This document shows, piece after piece, positions 57,295 through 64,000 of a stretch of DNA of 64,000 bases (its first letter is position 1; each line of letters opens with the position of its first letter). This DNA is from an uncultured Chloroflexia bacterium (GTDB lineage: Bacteria > Chloroflexota > Limnocylindria > Limnocylindrales > CSP1-4): assembly GCA_963790955.1 (NCBI GenBank), contig CAWBQM010000002.1, positions 74,085 through 138,084 on the forward strand, given 5' to 3'. The notes under the pieces are model-generated. The model ran no database searches and was not told the DNA's origin. It worked only from the letters and a program-made list of their open reading frames with translations. The position numbers were made by a program, and so were the translations under genes.

Positions 57295-59172
57295 TCAGGC
57301 CGACGCTCGCTCGATTGCGAGGTCGCTGGCCAGGCCCGATCGTCGCAGGTCGAGCAGGCGACCGCGGACGTCGGGCGACTCGCCGACCAGCTCCAGGAAG
57401 TCGGCGCCATCCAGGGCAAGGAGTCGGGCCGGTTCGAGCGCGACGACGGTGGCGTTGCGCGGTGCCGAGCGGAGCAGCCCGAGCTCGCCCACGATCTCGC
57501 CCGGCCCGATCTCGTCCACGCAAATCTTGCCGGCGGCGGCCTCTCGCTCGACCGCAAGGCGCCCGGACTCGACGACGTAGCACAGGTCGGGCGCATCGCC
57601 TTCCCGGATCACCACTTGGCCTTGCGCGAGCGCGACGATGGTCATGCGCCGGGCGGCCGACTCCAGCGCTGCGATATTGACGCCGGCGAACACCCCGAGC
57701 GCTCGGAGCAGGGCCATGCGGGCCCCAACTTCGGGCGGAAGGCGGTCGAGGCGACCGACCAGCACAGTCGTCATGACACCGACCGCCACGAGCGCGAGCG
57801 CGGCGACACCGAGCACGAGCGGCACACCGACCACTCCGGCCGCGATGGGCACGATCAGAGAGCCCGCGGCGAATGCGAGCGTCGAGAACGTTGCGAGCGA
57901 GCCCAGGGTGCGGCCGCGGATCTCGTCGGGTACAGCGCGTTGGATGAGGGTCGTGCCGAGAACCTCGACCACCAGGCTACCGACCGAGGCCACGGCGAGC
58001 GCGAGGAACGCGATGGGCAAGCTCCGCGCACCGACCGATGCGGCCAGCCCGGCGAGCCCGATCGCGAGCACGAGCGAGCCCGCCAGCAGCGGGGGAGCCG
58101 AGCGCGCCCGCAGCACGAGGACGCCCGCGATCAGCGCCCCGATGAGCCCGCCGACGCCGATCGCGGCGTTGAGCACGCCCGTGGCCTCGTCGCCGGTGCC
58201 GAGCGATTCGCTCGCGAGGACGACGGTCAGGACGCCCAGGCCGCCGAAGACCGCACTCGTGGTGCTGTCGAGCGCAGCGAGGGCGACGATCGGGCCGAGT
58301 TGCCGTGGCCTGGCGCTGGCCGCGTTACGGGGCCCTTCCGCCGTCTCCGGCGACTCGGACGCGCCCGCCTCGACGCCCGGCGTGGTGCCGATCGGCGCGA
58401 GCGTGCCGAGTGTCGCCGAGGCGCCCGGTGTACCGATCTCGCCACCCGGCTCCGTGGCCAACGCGAGCATGCCCGCCCCGCCGGCGACCGATGCCCCGGT
58501 TCCCGCCGAGGGGGCGCTCGCCGCGGCAACACTCGACTTCGGGCCCGGGCCCGGGCCCGGGCCGGGAGCGGCAGCGGTCGACGCGCGCGACGGCATGCTC
58601 CACAGCACGACAATGACGAGCGTGAACGATGCCGCATTGAGGGCGAAGGCGAGCGTCAGCCCGCTCGTGGCGATGAGTAGGCCGGCGACCGCGGGGCCCA
58701 CGATGTAGGCCAGATTGTCGAGGGTCGCCCAGGCCGAGTTGGCCGGGCCCAGCTCATGCTCGTCTCGAGCGAGCGTGGGTAGGTAGGCGCCGATCGTCGG
58801 CCCGAAGAAGGTCGAGAAGCAGGTGGCCAGGATCGCGAGCGCGACGATCGCGACGAGCGGTCCGTCGACCGCGACCAGCCAGGCCAACACGAGCATGATC
58901 ACCGCCCGCGCGACGTCGGTGGTGAGCAGCACGAAGCGGCGCTCGAAGCGGTCCGCGGCGATGCCGGCCGGTACCGAGAGGATGACGTACGGCAGGACTC
59001 GGGCCGCGCCCACGATGCCGAGCAGGACAGGGTCGCCGCTCTCGCGGGCGACGACGACGAGCAGGGCGACCAGGTACAGCCAGTCGCCGATCGAGGACAC
59101 GAACTCGCCCACGAGCAGGCGCGTCAGCGGTCCGTTGCCGAGCAGACGCCGGTACGCTGCGAGCGTGCTCAC
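57295..59172 (-). CDS. MFS transporter fused to a C-terminal cyclic-nucleotide-binding domain
   Basis: About 12 TM helices surround a long Ala/Gly/Pro central loop (APGPGPGPGP). The C-terminal domain is VIREGDAPDLCYVVESGRLAV..GEIVGELGLLRSAPRNATVVA. The GTG start overlaps the ogt stop as GTGA. Confidence 0.9.
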   Translation of the reverse strand: MSTLAAYRRLLGNGPLTRLLVGEFVSSIGDWLYLVALLVVVARESGDPVLLGIVGAARVLPYVILSVPAGIAADRFERRFVLLTTDVARAVIMLVLAWLVAVDGPLVAIVALAILATCFSTFFGPTIGAYLPTLARDEHELGPANSAWATLDNLAYIVGPAVAGLLIATSGLTLAFALNAASFTLVIVVLWSMPSRASTAAAPGPGPGPGPKSSVAAASAPSAGTGASVAGGAGMLALATEPGGEIGTPGASATLGTLAPIGTTPGVEAGASESPETAEGPRNAASARPRQLGPIVALAALDSTTSAVFGGLGVLTVVLASESLGTGDEATGVLNAAIGVGGLIGALIAGVLVLRARSAPPLLAGSLVLAIGLAGLAASVGARSLPIAFLALAVASVGSLVVEVLGTTLIQRAVPDEIRGRTLGSLATFSTLAFAAGSLIVPIAAGVVGVPLVLGVAALALVAVGVMTTVLVGRLDRLPPEVGARMALLRALGVFAGVNIAALESAARRMTIVALAQGQVVIREGDAPDLCYVVESGRLAVEREAAAGKICVDEIGPGEIVGELGLLRSAPRNATVVALEPARLLALDGADFLELVGESPDVRGRLLDLRRSGLASDLAIERASA

Positions 59173-59768
59173 GCGCTCGCGTCCAGGCCCGGGTCCCCGA
59201 GCAGGTCGCGTGCCGGGAGCGTAACGCCTTCGAGCGTCAGCAACGCCCGCTTGAGCTTCAGCTGCTCCTCGCGCGATCCATACCAGCCACCGCCATAGCC
59301 ACCGATCGTCCCGTCACCGGCGATGACGCGATGGCACGGAATGAGCAGGCCGATCGGATTGCGCCCGACCGCGCCGCCCGCAGCTCGCGCGGCGCCCGGA
59401 GCCCCAATGCGGCGGGCCAGTCGACCGTAGCTCGTGACGGCGCCGAACGGGATCGAGCGCACGCCGTCGAAGACGCGACGATCCCAGGCCGAGCATTGTG
59501 GCGGATCGAGGGCCAGGTCGAAGTCCCTGCGATGGCCGGCGAAGTACTCGCCGAGCTGCCGGGCGGCCCGCTGAAACATGATCCCAGCCGCGGACATTGG
59601 CCGCCCGTCGTCGTCCTGGCTCGGGCGCTCGCCGTCGACGGTTCCAAGCTCGCGACGCAGCGTCTCGAGCGTGGTGCGGAACTGGAGCGCGACGACCCCG
59701 ACCGAGCTCACCGCCAGGTGGACCGGGCCGAACGGCGAGGGCACGACGTCGACGACGAGCGGACGCAC
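59169..59768 (-). CDS. ogt: methylated-DNA--protein-cysteine methyltransferase
   Basis: IPFGAVTSYGRLA..GAVGRNPIGLLIPCHRVI carries the PCHR active site. The start is uncertain (GTG 59768). Confidence 0.85.
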   Translation of the reverse strand: MRPLVVDVVPSPFGPVHLAVSSVGVVALQFRTTLETLRRELGTVDGERPSQDDDGRPMSAAGIMFQRAARQLGEYFAGHRRDFDLALDPPQCSAWDRRVFDGVRSIPFGAVTSYGRLARRIGAPGAARAAGGAVGRNPIGLLIPCHRVIAGDGTIGGYGGGWYGSREEQLKLKRALLTLEGVTLPARDLLGDPGLDASA

Positions 59769-59855
59769 CCGGGCAGTGTAGGGCTCGCCACGGGCGACCG
59801 ACACACCGATGCCCCTAGCCGGACGTATCCTCGGCACACCGCAGCAGGAGCGCCC

Positions 59856-60356
59856 GTGCCCAGCCAAGCCCCGTCCCGGGTCGACGTCCCGTCCGACCCG
59901 CGCGACCTCGCCGGGGAGTTCCGTCACCGGCGCGAGGTGGAGGTCCGGCTGCGCGACACCAACGCCCTCGGCCACGTGAACAACGTCGTGTACCTGACCT
60001 ATTGCGAGCTCGCCCGGACGAGCTACTGGCGGGACGTGCTCGGGCCGGACTGGGTGCCGGGCCGGCATCCGGAACGCGGCCTCATCCTGGCCGAGAGCCG
60101 CATCGTCCACCGTTCCCCGACGTTCTTCGGCGAGAGCGTCGTCGTCGAGACGCGCACGGTCGCGATCGGGCGCTCGAGCTTCAGCCAGGAACACCGCCTG
60201 ACGGCCGGCGAGAGTGATCTCGGTCGATCCCGGTTGCTCGCAGTCGCCAGCGCCGTCCTCGTCGGCTACGACTACACGGCCAGTCGGCCTATCCCGCTGG
60301 AGCAGGATGTCGTGGCGCGCCTGGAGGCATTCGAGGGTCGGCGGCTGAGGCCGTGA
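59856..60356 (+). CDS. hotdog-fold (4HBT/YbgC-like) acyl-CoA thioesterase
   Basis: GCAGGAG lies upstream of GTG 59856. RLRDTNALGHVNNVVYLTYCELARTSYW is present. Confidence 0.75.
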   Translation: MPSQAPSRVDVPSDPRDLAGEFRHRREVEVRLRDTNALGHVNNVVYLTYCELARTSYWRDVLGPDWVPGRHPERGLILAESRIVHRSPTFFGESVVVETRTVAIGRSSFSQEHRLTAGESDLGRSRLLAVASAVLVGYDYTASRPIPLEQDVVARLEAFEGRRLRP

Positions 60357-60389
60357 GCCAGACTGCGACGAGTCGGTGGCGTCGTCCCA

Positions 60390-61662
60390 TCAGTCGACGA
60401 CGCGCCGGAAGATCGTGACGGCGTTCTGCCCGCCGAAGCCGAAGCCGTTGACCATGACCGTGTCGACCTTGGCCGAGCGCGCGACGCGCGGCACGTAGTC
60501 GAGGTCGCACTCCGGCAGGTCGGGATTCTCGAGATTCGCGGTGGGGCTGATCACGCCGTCCCGGATGCCGCCGATCGCCGCCAGGGCGCTCGCGATGCCG
60601 GCCGCGCCGATCAGGTGGCCGAGCATCGACTTCGGCGAGCTCACGGCGACGCGGCCGGCATGCTCGCCGAAGGTTTGCTTGATGGCCCGCGTCTCGGTCG
60701 TGTCATTGAGCGAGGTCGACGTGCCGTGGGCCACGATCCAGTCGACCTCGTCCGGTGCCACGCCGGAGTTGCGCAAGGCCATCGTCATCGCCCGAGCCGC
60801 CCCACGCCCGGTCGGCTCGGGCGCGCTGATGTGATATGCGTCGGCCGTGAGCCCGCCACCGAGCACCTCGGCGAGTGGCGTCGCACCGCGATCGCGGGCG
60901 TGGGCGAGCGAATTCCACGACGACCACGCCACCGCCCTCGCCCAGCACGAACCCGTCCCGGTCTCGATCGAACGGCCGCGACGCGCGCCCGGGATCGTCG
61001 TTGCGTCGGCTCAGAGCGCCCATGTTGCCCAGCGCAGCGACAGCCATGGGCAGGACCGGTGCCTCGGACCCGCCGGCGAGCACCACGTCGCATTCGCCCG
61101 TCGCGATCAGGCGCAGGGCGTCCTGGAACGCGATGACCGAGGTCGCGCACGCAGCGACCTGGGTCATCGCGGGGCCCGTGAGCCCGTATGCCATGGACAG
61201 CATGCACGCGCCCATCGAGCCCGACAGCGCCGGGATGGCGAATGCCGACACGAAACGCGGGCCCTTCTGGTCGTGGGTATGGGTCCCGTCGATGATCTCC
61301 TCGATGCCGCCGCCGCCCGTGTTGACGACGACCCCGACGCGATCGCGCTCGTCCTGGCTCATCGCCTCGAAGTCGATCCCCGAGTCGGTGACGGCCTCGC
61401 GGCCGGCCGCCATCGCGAAGTGGATGAAGCGGCTCATGCGGCGCGCCATCTTGGGGTCCATGGCGACGGTCGGGTCGAAGCCGACGACCTCGGCCGCGAT
61501 CTGGACCTCGAAGCCGGCCGGATCGAAGCTCTGGATGCGACGCGTGCCGGTCACGCCTGCCACCAGGTTGCGCCAGTACGTCGGGAAGTCGTTGCCGATC
61601 GGCATGACGGCCCCCAGGCCGGTCACGACGGCGCGACGCGCGGGATCAGGACTGGGGGGCAC
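60390..61662 (-). pseudogene. second beta-ketoacyl-ACP synthase II paralogue, split by a single-nt frameshift
   Basis: The N-terminal ORF (VVTGLGAV.., active-site AACATS, ..GFVLGEGGGVVVVE) and the C-terminal ORF (LAHARDRGA..ADAYHISAPEP..AHGTSTSLND..GHLIGAAG..GFGFGGQN) overlap. The frames switch at the GAATTC near 60910..60915. Confidence 0.8.
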
Positions 61663-61747
61663 GAAACACCTCGGATGACGCGATGGGCTGCCCGAATTCT
61701 AGCGACACGACCGCGCCACCGAAGGTGGCCTGGCCAGACTTGACCCG

Positions 61748-62116
61748 ATGGCCGACTGCCTGCAACTCGAGCGTCGGGAGAGGGACTCGCGGCCCGAGCC
61801 GGACGAACCGTCGAACAGGCCATCCGTCCCTGTCGTGGCGGCCCCCGGCGGACCCATCCTGACGGTGGCCAAGATCGGGACCCAGGGGTCGGAATGGAGC
61901 GTTGAGATGCATCTGCCGTCGCTGCGGCGCCAACCGCGTGAGGCGGTCGTGTCCGCGGGCCGCGTGTGGTGCCCCCGCCGGGGCGACATCGACGTCGAAC
62001 GCTGCGGTGGCTGCCCCGCGTATCGCGGCAGCCGGCCGGAAGGCGCGCACGAGATCATTCGCTGCGATCTGCACTGGACTGCGGATCCTTGGGTCGCCGC
62101 GCTCTTCGCAGGCTGA
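61748..62116 (+). CDS. hypothetical Cys-containing small protein on the opposite strand between the two KAS genes
   Basis: This frame has clearly elevated third-position GC. The same-phase minus-strand ORFs translate to S/R-rich junk. An alternative start, ATG 61907, has GGAG 7 nt upstream (MHLPSLRR..WCPRRGDIDVERCGGCPAY..IIRCDLHW). Confidence 0.4.
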   Translation: MADCLQLERRERDSRPEPDEPSNRPSVPVVAAPGGPILTVAKIGTQGSEWSVEMHLPSLRRQPREAVVSAGRVWCPRRGDIDVERCGGCPAYRGSRPEGAHEIIRCDLHWTADPWVAALFAG

Positions 62117-62197
62117 CTCGCCGCCGGGCAGGCGGCGCCCACTCACCGTCGATGCCGACTCGGGCGGTGGTTGGTCGCCGGCCGCGATGCCGCCAGA

Positions 62198-63472
62198 TCA
62201 GTCGCCGTCGTAGCGCTTGAAGATGACGGCGCCGTTGTGGCCGCCGAGGCCGATGTTGTTCGACAGCCCGTAGCGGATCGAGAGCGGCGTGGCCTCGGTC
62301 ACCACCCACACGTCGCAGTCGGGGTCGAAGTCACGGTAGTTGATGGTCGGCGGCACGCACTGCTCGACGATCGACATGACCGTGGCGAAGGCCTCGAACG
62401 AGCCGGCTGCGCCCATCATGTGGCCCGTCATCGACTTCGTGCCGCAGATGGCGAGGGAGCGTCGGGCCGCCGCCGAACGCTCGCCGAAGACAGTCCAGAT
62501 CGCCTCGGCCTCGCGCTTGTCGCCAAGGGGCGTCGAGGTCCCGTGCGGGTTGATCAGGTCAACCTCGTCGGCAGGCACCCCGCGCCGCTCGAGGGCCATC
62601 TTCATCGCCCGCGCGGAGCCGCTGCCGCCCTCGATGGGCTGGATCATGTCCCAGCCGTCGGCCGCCGAGCCGTAGCCGACAACCTCCGCATAGATCCGGG
62701 CGCCGCGCGCCTTCGCCAGCTCGAGGTCCTCGAGGAACAGGCATCCGGCACCCTCGCCCAGCACGAAGCCGTCGCGGGTGGCGTCGAACGGCCGCGAGAC
62801 GCTGGTGATCGGCTCGTTCGGCCGCGGATTACCGAGCCCGCGCATGTTTCCGAAGCCGGCATGACCGACCTCGAGCAACGGCATCTCGGTCGAGCCGCTG
62901 ATGACCGCGATGCAGTCGCCACGCCGGATGGCTTCGGCGCCCTCGGCGACGTTGTGCGTGCCCGTGGCGCACGCGGATACGATGCAGATGTTGTGGCCGA
63001 TCGCGCCGGTCTCGATGGCGATCATGCCCGACGGCGAATCCACGAGCGCGTTGGCGATGAACGTCGGGGCAACGCGGCCCGGGCCCTTCTCCGTGAGCAC
63101 GCTGTAGTTGTCGATCATGAGCGACTGCCCGCCGGCGCCCGAGCCGAACACGACACCGACCTCGGTCCGGTTGGCGTCGGTGATCTCGAACCCGGAGTCC
63201 GCGAGCGCCTGTTTCGCGGCGGCCACGCCATAGTGCAGCGATGCCTCGCTGCGACGCGCGGCCTTGGCGTCCATCCAGTCGGTCGCGACGAAGTCCTTGA
63301 CCTCGCCGGCGGCCTTCTGGTCGTAGCGGCTGACGTCGAACTTGGTGATCTCGCCGATGCCCGAGACGCCGCGCATGAGGTTGTTCCACGCGGTGTCTTT
63401 GTCGTTGCCGACGGGACTGACCACGCCGAGACCGGTGACGACGACTCGGCGGTTGTAATCGGGTGCGCGCAC
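62198..63472 (-). CDS. fabF: beta-ketoacyl-ACP synthase II
   Basis: GTG 63472 has GGAGGA upstream. VVTGLGVVSPVG, active-site SACATG, HGTSTPLGD and GHMMGAAG are present. Confidence 0.93.
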   Translation of the reverse strand: MRAPDYNRRVVVTGLGVVSPVGNDKDTAWNNLMRGVSGIGEITKFDVSRYDQKAAGEVKDFVATDWMDAKAARRSEASLHYGVAAAKQALADSGFEITDANRTEVGVVFGSGAGGQSLMIDNYSVLTEKGPGRVAPTFIANALVDSPSGMIAIETGAIGHNICIVSACATGTHNVAEGAEAIRRGDCIAVISGSTEMPLLEVGHAGFGNMRGLGNPRPNEPITSVSRPFDATRDGFVLGEGAGCLFLEDLELAKARGARIYAEVVGYGSAADGWDMIQPIEGGSGSARAMKMALERRGVPADEVDLINPHGTSTPLGDKREAEAIWTVFGERSAAARRSLAICGTKSMTGHMMGAAGSFEAFATVMSIVEQCVPPTINYRDFDPDCDVWVVTEATPLSIRYGLSNNIGLGGHNGAVIFKRYDGD

Positions 63473-63495
63473 TGCGGTGCTGTCCTCCGGGTTGC

Positions 63496-64000
63496 TCAGG
63501 CGGGCGCGGCCGCCGCGAATGGCACGGCGAGACGGTCGGGCGCCGCGGGATCCTCGGTCGGGAACGTCTCGACCGCGGGTGCGATGCGTTTGATGAGCCC
63601 GGTCAGGACCCGGCCCGGTCCGACCTCGATGAAGGTGGCGACGCCGGCCGAGACCATCGCCTCGACGGCGGCGACCCAGTCGACGCCGGTCGTGAGATGG
63701 CCGACCAGCTCGGCTCGCACTTGTTCCGCGGTCGCGATCGGGCGGGCGTCGGCGTTGGCCAACAGCGGCGGCGACGGATCGCGGACGTCGACCGCGGCCA
63801 ACCGCTCTCGCATCGCCGCGGCCGCGTCGCCCATGAACGGTGAGTGCGCGGCGACGGACACCGGCAGCTCGATCGCCCGCTTGGCGCCGAGTTCGCGTGC
63901 GGCGACGCATGCCGCCTCGACTGCCGGTCGTTCGCCCGAGAGCACGATCTGGCCGGGTGAGTTGCGGTTGGCCAGCGTGAGGATGCCGGCCCGGGAGCCG
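63496..64000 (-). CDS. fabD: malonyl-CoA:ACP transacylase (5' end beyond the window)
   Basis: The C-terminal half reads LPVSVAAHSPFM..VDWVAAVEAMV..FIEVGPGRVLTGLIKR. The reading frame stays open to the window end. Confidence 0.88.
   Translation of the reverse strand, partial: GSRAGILTLANRNSPGQIVLSGERPAVEAACVAARELGAKRAIELPVSVAAHSPFMGDAAAAMRERLAAVDVRDPSPPLLANADARPIATAEQVRAELVGHLTTGVDWVAAVEAMVSAGVATFIEVGPGRVLTGLIKRIAPAVETFPTEDPAAPDRLAVPFAAAAPA

Noticed and set aside
61646-62146. Minus-strand ORFs between the two KAS genes as a possible diverged acyl carrier protein.
   Set aside because: The translations are Ser/Arg/Pro-rich, lack any DSL-like phosphopantetheine motif, and one overlaps the KAS start. 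The plus-strand frame has the better codon signal.

Overview
This is a high-GC (about 70%) chromosomal segment with a Gram-positive-type gene organisation (Actinomycetota- or Chloroflexota-like). It has strong GGAGG ribosome-binding sites and many ATGA/GTGA start-stop overlaps. I found no rRNA, CRISPR array, integrase, transposase or phage genes.

Most of the window is housekeeping or accessory metabolism:
- a transketolase-like gene and an aminotransferase under a divergent LysR regulator;
- two ECF sigma factor / membrane beta-propeller pairs;
- tRNA-Lys and an initiator-like tRNA-Met;
- an NCS2 nucleobase permease;
- a long aa3-type cytochrome oxidase operon (ctaC-ctaD-ctaE plus small subunits, a TlpA-like thioredoxin and an ABC-2 exporter). 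In this operon subunit II and a second membrane protein both carry C-terminal blue-copper (cupredoxin) domains;
- proline metabolism genes (proC, S9 peptidase, proline dehydrogenase);
- a homogentisate-pathway neighbourhood in which hppD and hmgA are broken by many frameshifts;
- korAB (2-oxoacid:ferredoxin oxidoreductase) bracketed by CBS-domain genes;
- a fabD-fabF-fabF' cluster.

The most unusual locus is 52.9-59.2 kb. Two small genes sit in inverted orientation and encode perfect tandem 16-aa repeats (DVEGHGHGTPRA[T/V]ESD). They flank a Crp/Fnr regulator, a GAF protein, a cytoplasmic S8 subtilase and a degenerate P-loop kinase. An MFS transporter fused to a cyclic-nucleotide-binding domain lies next to them. 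Both repeat genes have the same TGTC-N8-GACA palindrome at the same distance upstream.

All calls come from reading the supplied translations and my own hand translation. No database search was possible, so family names are motif-based.
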